64,000 nucleotides of DNA from Mucilaginibacter sp. (lineage in GTDB: Bacteria; Bacteroidota; Bacteroidia; Sphingobacteriales; Sphingobacteriaceae): positions 2,164-66,163 of the forward strand of contig NZ_JANYGH010000024.1 of the NCBI RefSeq assembly GCF_025362475.1. Direction: 5' to 3'. Of the stretch, positions 8,952 to 17,274 are shown piece by piece; position 1 is the first letter of the stretch; each line of letters begins with the position of its first letter. Both the position numbers and the translations under genes were made by a program. Below the pieces are notes generated by a model that was given only the letters and a program-made list of their open reading frames with translations, made no database searches and was not told where the DNA came from.

Positions 8952-9914
8952 ATGCTCGATATACTCATCATAGGTGGTGGCCCTATAGGCTTAGCTTGCG
9001 GACTTGCAGCACAAAAAGAAGGTTTAAGTTTTGTTATTATTGAAAAAGGCTGCCTGGTCAACTCACTGTACAATTACCCTTCAACCATGACATTCTTCTC
9101 CACATCAGAAAAACTGGAGATTGGCGGAGTGCCATTTGTAACTGTACATAATAAACCAACCCGTAATGATGCACTTGAATATTATCGCAGGGTGGCCCTA
9201 TCAAACCACTTACCCCTTAATTTATTTGAAGAAGTTACCAATGTAAAAGCCGAAGACAGCGGTTATACCATCACCACCAGCAAAGCAACTTACCATGCAA
9301 AAAAAGTGATTGTATCAACCGGCTTTTATGATATCCCTGTTAAGCTCAACATTACAGGTGAAGACCTGCCCAAAGTGAAACATTATTACTACGATCCGCA
9401 TTATTACACATCGCAAAAAGTAGTGGTTGTGGGTTCAAGCAATTCAGCAATAGATGTGGCTTTAGAAACCTACCGCAAGGGTGCCGAAGTAACGCTTGTA
9501 GTGCGTGGCCCGGAGATCAGCAGCAGGGTTAAATACTGGGTAAGGCCAGATATCATTAACCGGATAAAGGAAGGTAGCATCAAAGCATACTTTCACTCCA
9601 ACCTGGAAGCGGTACGGGAGCACGAGGTGGATATAAATACACCCGATGGCCTGATCACCATTCCTAATGATTTTGTGATGGCCATGACAGGTTATAAACC
9701 CAATTTTGATTTCCTAAAAAAGTTGGGCATCATTTTATCCGAAGACAAGTGCATCCCACAATATAATCACCAAACTATGGAAACCAATTTACCGGGCCTA
9801 TACCTTGCCGGTGTAGTTTGTGGTGGAATGGATACTCATTTATGGTTTATTGAAAACTCGCGCATTCATGCGGATATGATCCTGAATGATATTGTGCAAA
9901 AAGTGAATAGTTGA
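8952..9914 (+). CDS. ypdA: YpdA-family putative bacillithiol disulfide reductase
   Basis: GGGPIG, EKGCLVNSLYNYP, FFSTSEKLEIG, WFIENSRIHA. Confidence 0.9.
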   Translation: MLDILIIGGGPIGLACGLAAQKEGLSFVIIEKGCLVNSLYNYPSTMTFFSTSEKLEIGGVPFVTVHNKPTRNDALEYYRRVALSNHLPLNLFEEVTNVKAEDSGYTITTSKATYHAKKVIVSTGFYDIPVKLNITGEDLPKVKHYYYDPHYYTSQKVVVVGSSNSAIDVALETYRKGAEVTLVVRGPEISSRVKYWVRPDIINRIKEGSIKAYFHSNLEAVREHEVDINTPDGLITIPNDFVMAMTGYKPNFDFLKKLGIILSEDKCIPQYNHQTMETNLPGLYLAGVVCGGMDTHLWFIENSRIHADMILNDIVQKVNS

Positions 9915-9989
9915 TTAAGTGAAGCTTATTTCAGTTGTTTGCAGTTGCATTTGCAGCATTAAAGAGTCTTCTTAAAATGCCGTAATTAA

Positions 9990-10023
9990 TCTTCAAACTT
10001 TCAAATTCTCAAACCTTCAAATT
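9990..10023 (+). repeat. Tandem octamer repeat (YYTTCAAA-like x4)
   Basis: TCTTCAAA CTTTCAAA TTCTCAAA CCTTCAAA; single arm. Confidence 0.5.
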
Positions 10024-10118
10024 AACTTCCATCAACTAAATCATTTTTTTCTTGTATAAGTAAAAATTTATGCGATAATTTGCACCCAAATTAAAAACAC
10101 AGTAATACAATCGAAAAA

Positions 10119-10244
10119 ATGAATCAACCAAGCTTAAATAAGCCCGCAATAAGAGCAACATTTGCTCCGGTTGCCGCTGCTTTGGGTTCAACTGTTTTTT
10201 TATGCTGCCCTCCCCGACGAAGGCCCTATATGCCACGGGTTTGA
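10119..10244 (+). CDS. Putative arginine-responsive leader peptide (41 aa)
   Basis: MNQPSLNKPAIRATFAPVAAALGSTVFLCCPPRRRPYMPRV; CGA CGA AGG run plus CGG, 115 nt before the arg operon; below ORF-track cutoff. Confidence 0.6.
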   Translation: MNQPSLNKPAIRATFAPVAAALGSTVFLCCPPRRRPYMPRV

Positions 10245-10359
10245 ATTAATTTCTCGCACTAAGCCCTCACAAAAGAGTTATTAAACTTCTTTTAAGAAAA
10301 GCCATCTAATTATTAAGGCCTTTAAAAGCCAATTAATTTAACGGTAATCATCTATTTAA

Positions 10360-11001
10360 ATGACCATACAAGATTTTGATATTCAGGTTGCTACAGCACA
10401 GCATGTAGATTTTGCCCCAATGATATGTGATGAAATGGCCGAATCGGCCAAAGCGCGCGGAACGGGTATTGCACAACGTTCACCAGAATATGTTGCCAAT
10501 AAAATGCTGGAAGGCAAAGCAGTTATTGCCTTACATAAAGACGGTACCTGGGCCGGTTTCTGTTATATAGAAACCTGGAGCCATGGCGACTTTGTGGCCA
10601 ATTCCGGTCTTATTGTAAACCCGCAGTTTCGTAAAGTAGGTTTGGCGAAAGCCATTAAACATGCCATTTTCCAGCTTTCACGCAAAAAATATCCCAACGC
10701 TAAAATATTTGGATTGACCACAGGTTTGGCGGTAATGCGTATCAACTCAGAAATTGGGTATGAACCTGTTACCTATTCTGAACTTACCCAGGATGAAAAT
10801 TTTTGGGCCGGCTGCAAAAGCTGCGTTAACTACGATATCCTGATGAGCAAAGATCGTAAGAATTGCATGTGCACCGCCATGCTGTTTGATCCCGCCGAAA
10901 AACAAAAACAGGACGAGGAGAAAATGAAAAGAATTACGCACAAAGCTACCTTGCTTGAGCGAATTGAAAATGCCATTAAAAAGCGGATGGGGCAAGATTA
11001 G
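10360..11001 (+). CDS. argA: GNAT-type N-acylglutamate synthase (short ArgA)
   Basis: ARGTGIAQRSPEY, GFCYIETW, FWAGCKSCVNYDIL, CMCTAML; first gene of the arg operon. Confidence 0.75.
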   Translation: MTIQDFDIQVATAQHVDFAPMICDEMAESAKARGTGIAQRSPEYVANKMLEGKAVIALHKDGTWAGFCYIETWSHGDFVANSGLIVNPQFRKVGLAKAIKHAIFQLSRKKYPNAKIFGLTTGLAVMRINSEIGYEPVTYSELTQDENFWAGCKSCVNYDILMSKDRKNCMCTAMLFDPAEKQKQDEEKMKRITHKATLLERIENAIKKRMGQD

Positions 11002-11102
11002 GTGAAAGGGCGATAAGCCAGGTTGATAAATAAACTAATAAAAAGCACATACAAATTGAAAACATAAAAAGCTTTAAGCCTTTCGCTTTTAGCTTTAAGC
11101 CC
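11001..11102. repeat. Heptamer-armed junction element (no cargo)
   Basis: Right arm GCTTTAA GCCTTTC GCTTTTA GCTTTAA GCC just before argG ATG; degenerate left arm GGTGAAAGGGCGATAAGC at the argA stop. Confidence 0.6.
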
Positions 11103-11109
11103 ACAAAAA

Positions 11110-12306
11110 ATGAAAAAGAAAGTAGTATTAGCATACAGCGGCGGATTAGACACCTCATTTTGCTGTATATATTTAACACAGGACCTTGGTTACGAAGTTC
11201 ACTCGGTAATTGTTAACACGGGCGGCTTTAGCGACGAAGAGTTAAAAGGGGTTGAAGAACGCGCTTACCAAATGGGCGTTACATCGCACCACGTAGTAGA
11301 TGAAACTACTAATTTTTACAATACCTGTGTTCGTTTTTTGATTTATGGCAATGTTTTAAAGAACAACACTTACCCACTTTCTGTAAGTGCCGAGCGTGTG
11401 AGCCAGGCAACCGCAATTGCCAACTACGCAAAAGAAATTGGTGCTGAATTTGTAGCACACGGCAGTACCGGCGCCGGTAACGACCAGGTGCGTTTTGATA
11501 TGATCTTTAATATCCTGGTTCCGGAAGTAAAGATCATCACCCCTATCCGCGACTTGAAATTAAGCCGCGAAGCGGAGATCCAATACCTGAAAGATCATGG
11601 TGTGGAGATGAACTTCGAAAAAGCAAAATACTCTATCAATAAAGGAATCTGGGGTACGTCAGTTGGTGGTAAAGAAACGCTTACTTCAAACTTAGGTTTA
11701 CCGGAAGAAGCATGGCCTACACAAGTTACCGAATCGGAAGTTAAAAACCTGGAATTGGTGTTTGAAAAAGGCGAGCTGGTTGGCATTGATAATGAAAAAT
11801 ATGATCATCCAACCAAGGCAATCCAGGCATTACAGGCTATTGCGCAGCCTTATGGTATTGGTCGTGATATTCATGTTGGCGATACTATTATAGGCATTAA
11901 AGGCAGGGTTGGTTTTGAGGCAGCCGCGCCGATGCTTATTATCAAAGCCCATCATACTTTAGAGAAACATGTGCTTACCAAATGGCAGCTTTCATGGAAA
12001 GACCAGCTATCTGCATTTTATGGCAACTGGTTGCATGAAGGTCAGTTTCATGACCCAATTATGCGCAACATAGAAGCATTCCTGAGCGATACTCAGCTAA
12101 ATGTAACTGGCAAAGTGTTTGTACAATTGCACCCTTATCGCTTTCAGGTAATCGGTATTGAGTCTACTCATGACCTGATGTCGAATAAATTTGGCAGCTA
12201 TGGCGAAATGAACAATTCATGGTCTGGTGAAGATGTTAAAGGTTTCTCTAAAATATTTGGCAACCAGGTGATGATCTATCACAAGGTTAATCAAGATGCG
12301 AAATGA
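11110..12306 (+). CDS. argG: Argininosuccinate synthase
   Basis: VLAYSGGLDTS, AHGSTGAGNDQVRF, KGRVGFEA. Confidence 0.97.
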   Translation: MKKKVVLAYSGGLDTSFCCIYLTQDLGYEVHSVIVNTGGFSDEELKGVEERAYQMGVTSHHVVDETTNFYNTCVRFLIYGNVLKNNTYPLSVSAERVSQATAIANYAKEIGAEFVAHGSTGAGNDQVRFDMIFNILVPEVKIITPIRDLKLSREAEIQYLKDHGVEMNFEKAKYSINKGIWGTSVGGKETLTSNLGLPEEAWPTQVTESEVKNLELVFEKGELVGIDNEKYDHPTKAIQALQAIAQPYGIGRDIHVGDTIIGIKGRVGFEAAAPMLIIKAHHTLEKHVLTKWQLSWKDQLSAFYGNWLHEGQFHDPIMRNIEAFLSDTQLNVTGKVFVQLHPYRFQVIGIESTHDLMSNKFGSYGEMNNSWSGEDVKGFSKIFGNQVMIYHKVNQDAK

Positions 12307-12656
12307 TAAACACCATCTTTTCAAAAGGCGAATGTTTAAAGCATTATAAATGGGGCGACGACTGCTACGGGTGGACATTTATTGATACCGAAGAGCTATC
12401 TGTAAAACAGGAGTTGATGCCGCCTGATACTGCCGAGCAATTGCACTACCATGAAAAGGCTAAGCAGGTATTTTTCATTTTAAAGGGACGAGCGACGCTC
12501 CATATCAACGGGGAAACAACCGTTTTAAAGCCAGAGCAAGGCATCGAAATATTACCGGGTCAAAAACACTTCATCAGTAATAACGACAGAAGTGACCTGG
12601 AATTTATTCTATATTCTTATCCATCAACAAATAATGACAGGATCAACATTAAATAA
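12303..12656 (+). CDS. Cupin-domain protein
   Basis: EQLHYHEKAKQVFFILKG ... GQKHFISN; overlaps argG stop (ATGA) and argC start. Confidence 0.85.
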   Translation: MINTIFSKGECLKHYKWGDDCYGWTFIDTEELSVKQELMPPDTAEQLHYHEKAKQVFFILKGRATLHINGETTVLKPEQGIEILPGQKHFISNNDRSDLEFILYSYPSTNNDRINIK

Positions 12657-13632
12657 AGTACGGGCAGGTATCATTGGCGGGGCAGGTTATACTGGTGGCG
12701 AAATGCTGCGCATTCTTATCAACCATCCCAATGTAGATATTGCTTTTATTCATAGTAACAGCAATGCAGGCAATTACGTTTACGAGGTACATACCGATCT
12801 TTTTGGTGATACCGACTTAAAATTCGCGGCTGAGTTTTTTACCGATGTTGATGTGCTTTTTCTTTGCGTTGGTCATGGTGATGCTAAAAAGTTTTTAGAA
12901 GCGAATGACATCCCCGATGCAGTTAAGATCATTGACTTAAGCCAGGACTTTAGGTTAAGTCAAAATTCAAAATTTAAAACTAAAAACTTTGTATATGGCT
13001 TGCCCGAATTAAATCGGGAGGCGATTAAAACAGCTGATAACATTGCCAATCCGGGTTGTTTTGCTACCTGCTTACAATTAGGATTGCTTCCTTTAGCATC
13101 TAAAGGATTGCTGAATAACGAAGTTCATATCACAGCAACAACGGGCTCAACTGGTGCCGGCCAAAGTTTGGCCGCTACCTCGCATTTTACATGGAGAAAC
13201 GATAACCTTTCTGTTTACAAGGCCTTTAGTCACCAGCATTTAAATGAGATTGGGCAGTCATTAAAACAATTACAACCTGATTTTGGTAAAGCGATTAATT
13301 TTATTCCATATCGGGGCGATTTTACCCGTGGAATCATAGCTTCCATGTATACAGAAAGTGATTTGAGCGAAGAAGAAGCTTTATCACTTTACCAGGGTTA
13401 TTACGACGGGCATCCATTTACACATGTTACTAACCGCAATATTGATTTAAAGCAAATTGTAAATACCAATAAATGCTTTATTCAAGTTAAAAAACACGAT
13501 AATAAAATATTTATTATCAGCATAATGGACAACTTACTTAAAGGCGCTTCGGGCCAGGCTGTACAGAACATGAATTTATTGTTCGGTTTGGACGAGCGCA
13601 CAGGACTACGACTTAAGGCGACCGCTTTTTAG
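12634..13632 (+). CDS. argC: N-acyl-gamma-glutamyl-phosphate reductase
   Basis: GGAGYTGGE, IANPGCFAT, DNLLKGASGQAVQNMN; start uncertain. Confidence 0.95.
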   Translation: MTGSTLNKVRAGIIGGAGYTGGEMLRILINHPNVDIAFIHSNSNAGNYVYEVHTDLFGDTDLKFAAEFFTDVDVLFLCVGHGDAKKFLEANDIPDAVKIIDLSQDFRLSQNSKFKTKNFVYGLPELNREAIKTADNIANPGCFATCLQLGLLPLASKGLLNNEVHITATTGSTGAGQSLAATSHFTWRNDNLSVYKAFSHQHLNEIGQSLKQLQPDFGKAINFIPYRGDFTRGIIASMYTESDLSEEEALSLYQGYYDGHPFTHVTNRNIDLKQIVNTNKCFIQVKKHDNKIFIISIMDNLLKGASGQAVQNMNLLFGLDERTGLRLKATAF

Positions 13633-13662
13633 CTAAAAGCCGAAGGCTGAAAGCAAAAAGCT
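13631..13662 (+). repeat. Left heptamer arm of four-helix-bundle cassette
   Basis: AGCTAAA AGCCGAA GGCTGAA AGCAAAA AGCT, starting in the argC stop codon. Confidence 0.75.
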
Positions 13663-13681
13663 GTTGCCCTGAAAAATAACT

Positions 13682-14038
13682 ATGAGGGATTACAAAAAGT
13701 ATGAAGTATGGAAAAAAGCACATGAACTTAATATGTTCATTTACCTAACAGTACTTCCAAAATTCCCTAAAAGTGAACAATATGATTTAATGAGTCAAAC
13801 AAAACGAGCTTCGTATTCAATTCCCTTAAATATAGTTGAAGGGTGCGGAAGAAATACAGAGCGTGATTTTGCTCATTTTTTAGATCAGTCGTTAGGTTCG
13901 GCACATGAACTTGAATATTGCTGTTTAATGTGCAAAGATCTCTCGTACATCACTGAAGATTTGTTTCAGCAAACAAATAAGTCAATAAACGAAGTTAAGG
14001 CAATGCTGATAGGCCTGATTAAAATACTTAGAAAATAA
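13682..14038 (+). CDS. Four helix bundle protein (23S rRNA IVS protein / TIGR02436-like)
   Basis: VWKKAHEL, FPKSEQYDLMSQTKRASYSIPLNIVEGCGR, GSAHELE. Confidence 0.92.
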   Translation: MRDYKKYEVWKKAHELNMFIYLTVLPKFPKSEQYDLMSQTKRASYSIPLNIVEGCGRNTERDFAHFLDQSLGSAHELEYCCLMCKDLSYITEDLFQQTNKSINEVKAMLIGLIKILRK

Positions 14039-14039
14039 A

Positions 14040-14071
14040 GCTTTATGCCTTTGGCCTTTAGCTTTCAGCTT
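14040..14071 (+). repeat. Right heptamer arm of four-helix-bundle cassette
   Basis: GCTTTAT GCCTTTG GCCTTTA GCTTTCA GCTT, complementary to the left arm, ending 7 nt before argD ATG. Confidence 0.75.
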
Positions 14072-14078
14072 AAATGAT

Positions 14079-15206
14079 ATGAAACTATTTGACGTATATC
14101 CAATCAATCCAATAAATATAGTAAGAGGGCTGGGCAGCCTTGTTTATGATGCCCAGGATAATGAATATCTTGATATGTATGGCGGTCATGCCGTTATATC
14201 TATCGGCCATACCCATCCTCATTATGTAAAACGACTGGAAGATCAATTACATCAATTAGGGTTTTATTCAAACTCCATTGAGATCCCTATTCAAAAAGAG
14301 CTGGCGCAGAAACTGGGTAAGGTATCCGGTAAAGAAGATTACCAGTTATTTTTATGTAACTCAGGTGCAGAAGCTAATGAGAATGCTTTAAAACTGGCGT
14401 CTTTTTACAACGGCAAAAAGAAAGTTATCGCGTTTACAAAAGCCTTCCATGGCCGTACATCGTTAGCTGTGGCCGTTACAGACAATCCCAAGATTGTTGC
14501 GCCCATCAACCAAACCGACAACGTAATCTTTTTACCATGGGCCGATGAAGCCGCTTTAGCGCAGGCTTTTGCCGATAACGAAATTTCGTCTGTAATTATC
14601 GAAGGTATCCAGGGCGTTGGTGGTATCCAGGTAGCCCCTGAAAGCTTCCTGCAAAAGATCCGTTCGCTTTGTGACGAATGTAATGCTGTTTTTATTGCCG
14701 ACTCTGTGCAATGCGGTTACGGGCGTACCGGTAAATTCTTTTCCCAGGATTTTGCAGGTATTGATGCTGATATTTACAGTATGGCAAAGGGAATGGGTAA
14801 TGGCTTTCCGGTTGGTGGTATCATTATTTCGCCAAAAATACAACCTGCTTATGGCATGTTGGGCACCACTTTTGGTGGCAACCATTTGGCTTGTGCAGCT
14901 GGTTTAGCGGTGCTTGAGGTAATGGAGCAGGATAACCTGATGCAAAATGCTGCAACCGTTGGCGAATACCTGATAAAAGAGCTTAAAAAGCTGGAACAAG
15001 TTAAGGAAGTTAGGGGTCGTGGTTTGATGATAGGTATTGAATTGCCGGAAGAATTGGCGCATGCACGTAAAGAACTCTTATTTAAACATCATATTTTTAC
15101 CGGTGAGGCCAAGCCAAATGTGGTAAGATTACTGCCGGCACTTAACCTGACTAAAGCACATGCCGATAGGTTCCTGGAAGCATTTGTAAATGTTTTAAAT
15201 CAATAA
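14079..15206 (+). CDS. argD: Acetyl/succinylornithine aminotransferase
   Basis: NSGAEANENALK, AFHGRT, DSVQCGYGRTG, SMAKGMGNGFP, GTTFGGN. Confidence 0.93.
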   Translation: MKLFDVYPINPINIVRGLGSLVYDAQDNEYLDMYGGHAVISIGHTHPHYVKRLEDQLHQLGFYSNSIEIPIQKELAQKLGKVSGKEDYQLFLCNSGAEANENALKLASFYNGKKKVIAFTKAFHGRTSLAVAVTDNPKIVAPINQTDNVIFLPWADEAALAQAFADNEISSVIIEGIQGVGGIQVAPESFLQKIRSLCDECNAVFIADSVQCGYGRTGKFFSQDFAGIDADIYSMAKGMGNGFPVGGIIISPKIQPAYGMLGTTFGGNHLACAAGLAVLEVMEQDNLMQNAATVGEYLIKELKKLEQVKEVRGRGLMIGIELPEELAHARKELLFKHHIFTGEAKPNVVRLLPALNLTKAHADRFLEAFVNVLNQ

Positions 15207-15284
15207 GCTCTTTCTAAATCATCCCCTGTTGGCGGCGACTTTTAAATAAATATTAATTTGCTAAATCATTATTAAATAAGGCTC

Positions 15285-16232
15285 ATGAAATTATTTTCTT
15301 CTGTAAATGATGTTACTGATATCAACGCACTTGTAAAAGAGGCGTTGGCTCTTAAACAGAATCCTTATGCTCATCAGCAATTGGGTAAAAATAAAACACT
15401 GGCTTTAGTGTTTTTAAACCCAAGTTTGCGTACACGTATGAGTACTCAAAAAGCAGCGCTTAATTTGGGTATGAATGTGATGGTGCTTAATATAGATAAG
15501 GAAGGCTGGGCATTAGAGCTACGCGACGGCGTGATCATGGACGGATCAACAGTAGAGCATATCCGTGAAGCAGCCGGTGTTATGGGGCAGTATGCAGACA
15601 TTATAGGCGTGCGTTCATTCCCCGGCCTGCGCAACCGCGAGGAAGATTACAGCGAAATGATTTTTAATAAGTTTGTGGAGTTTTGCAAAGTGCCCGTGGT
15701 GAGCCTGGAATCGGCCACCCGCCACCCCTTGCAAAGCTTGGCAGATTTAGTCACCATAACAGAATTAAAAACTACTGAGCGCCCTAAGGTTGTATTAACC
15801 TGGGCGCCTCATATAAAACCATTGCCACAGGCTGTTCCTAATTCATTTGCTGAGTGGATGTGTAAAGCCGATGTTGATTTTACTATAGTTCAACCTAAAG
15901 GATATGAGCTTTGTGCCGATTTTACACAAGGTGCCAAAATAACCTATGATCAGGACGAAGCTTTAGCTGGCGCTGATTTTATCTATGTCAAAAACTGGTC
16001 GGCATATGAGCCTTACGGTAATATACTGGGTAAAAATGAAGAGTGGATGCTAACTACCGAAAAGCTGAAGGCAACCAATGATGCCAAAGTAATGCATTGC
16101 CTGCCTGTACGCCGTAACTTGGAGCTATCAGATGAAATATTAGATGGCCCAAATTCCATTGTTGTACATGAAGCCGGAAACCGCGTTTGGGCTGCACAAG
16201 CTGTGTTAAAGCAGATGTTGGAAAGTTTGTAA
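15285..16232 (+). CDS. argF: N-succinyl/N-acetylornithine carbamoyltransferase (ArgF')
   Basis: FLNPSLRTR, GSTVEHIREAAGVMGQYADIIGVRSF, HPLQSLAD, MHCLPVRRN. Confidence 0.92.
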   Translation: MKLFSSVNDVTDINALVKEALALKQNPYAHQQLGKNKTLALVFLNPSLRTRMSTQKAALNLGMNVMVLNIDKEGWALELRDGVIMDGSTVEHIREAAGVMGQYADIIGVRSFPGLRNREEDYSEMIFNKFVEFCKVPVVSLESATRHPLQSLADLVTITELKTTERPKVVLTWAPHIKPLPQAVPNSFAEWMCKADVDFTIVQPKGYELCADFTQGAKITYDQDEALAGADFIYVKNWSAYEPYGNILGKNEEWMLTTEKLKATNDAKVMHCLPVRRNLELSDEILDGPNSIVVHEAGNRVWAAQAVLKQMLESL

Positions 16233-16249
16233 TATCCTGTGCTGATTTT

Positions 16250-16618
16250 ATGAGTAAAGTTTATGATATCTTACTTGACAATATTAAAATCGGCACAACT
16301 GTATTTGAAAATGCGGATCCAACTATGGGAGTCGTTTTTGGTAGGATTAACTTTTTAAATATTGGATATGACTTTAATTTTTTTAGAGCGTATTGCTTAT
16401 TAAATGGCGTTGATTTTCAGAAATACATTGAAGATAAACTGATAACAACCAGTACAATTCCCGGTTTACGTGTATATAACCGAAGCGGGGATGAGGTTAA
16501 AGGAGATGCCTGTTCAATATCAGGGATGGACGGCGATTTTTTTGATGTAACTATCTCAGGAATACCATACCCGTTTTACGAAGAAGAGTTTCCTCAACAT
16601 CCCAAAGCAAAAGAGTAA
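16250..16618 (+). CDS. Hypothetical protein
   Basis: ATG at 16250 (MSKVYDILL...); no recognised motif. Confidence 0.65.
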   Translation: MSKVYDILLDNIKIGTTVFENADPTMGVVFGRINFLNIGYDFNFFRAYCLLNGVDFQKYIEDKLITTSTIPGLRVYNRSGDEVKGDACSISGMDGDFFDVTISGIPYPFYEEEFPQHPKAKE

Positions 16619-16663
16619 ATTTAAGGATTGGCATTTTGTAAATCCTAAAATCAACTTCATAAA

Positions 16664-17272
16664 ATGTATATTCCGTCTTTCAATAAATTCCCCAACCAGC
16701 AGGAAGCCATCAGCTTTATGCAACGGTACAGTTTTGCAGCCATAGTTACGGCAGAAGATGATGTGCCGGTAGCCTCACACCTCCCCTTTTTGGTTGAGCT
16801 TCGTGAAGATAAAATAGTTTTGCTCTCGCATTTTGCAAAAGCAAATCCCCAGGCTGGTCAAATTGTAGGTAAATCTATTTTGGTAATATTTACCGAGCCT
16901 CACGCCTATATATCACCCACAAATTACGAGAAAGAAACCAATGTACCTACCTGGAATTATTTAGCAGTACACGCCTATGGTAAAGCAACACTGATACCAG
17001 AGGGTGAAGAAACAGCTACCCTGCTTGCCAAAATGATAAGCAACTACGAGCCGGGCTACCTTCAACAATGGAATAGTTTGCCTGATGAGTACAAACAAAA
17101 GATGATGAAAGGCATAGTAGCTTTTGAAATTGTTGTTGATGACCTGCAGGGCAAACAAAAGCTAAGTCAAAATCGCTCGGCGATAGAGAGAGATAATATC
17201 ATTAATTCTTTAGATAAAAGTCCAGACACTAATGAGAGCGAGATCGCTAAATATATGTCAAAATTAAAATAG
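16664..17272 (+). CDS. PaiB-like FMN-binding negative transcriptional regulator
   Basis: ASHLPF, HFAKANPQ, HAYISP..Y, VPTWNYLAVHAYG, KLSQNRS. Confidence 0.9.
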   Translation: MYIPSFNKFPNQQEAISFMQRYSFAAIVTAEDDVPVASHLPFLVELREDKIVLLSHFAKANPQAGQIVGKSILVIFTEPHAYISPTNYEKETNVPTWNYLAVHAYGKATLIPEGEETATLLAKMISNYEPGYLQQWNSLPDEYKQKMMKGIVAFEIVVDDLQGKQKLSQNRSAIERDNIINSLDKSPDTNESEIAKYMSKLK

Positions 17273-17274
17273 GC

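Noticed and set aside
10050-10078. ArgR (ARG) box upstream of the arg leader
   Set aside because: Only scattered half-site resemblance in very AT-rich DNA; no convincing 18-bp palindrome
10036-10236. 66-aa minus-strand ORF upstream of the arg operon
   Set aside because: Antisense to the more meaningful Arg-rich leader ORF; no motif
13682-14038. Diversity-generating retroelement (Avd-like fold)
   Set aside because: No reverse transcriptase and no TR/VR pair in the window
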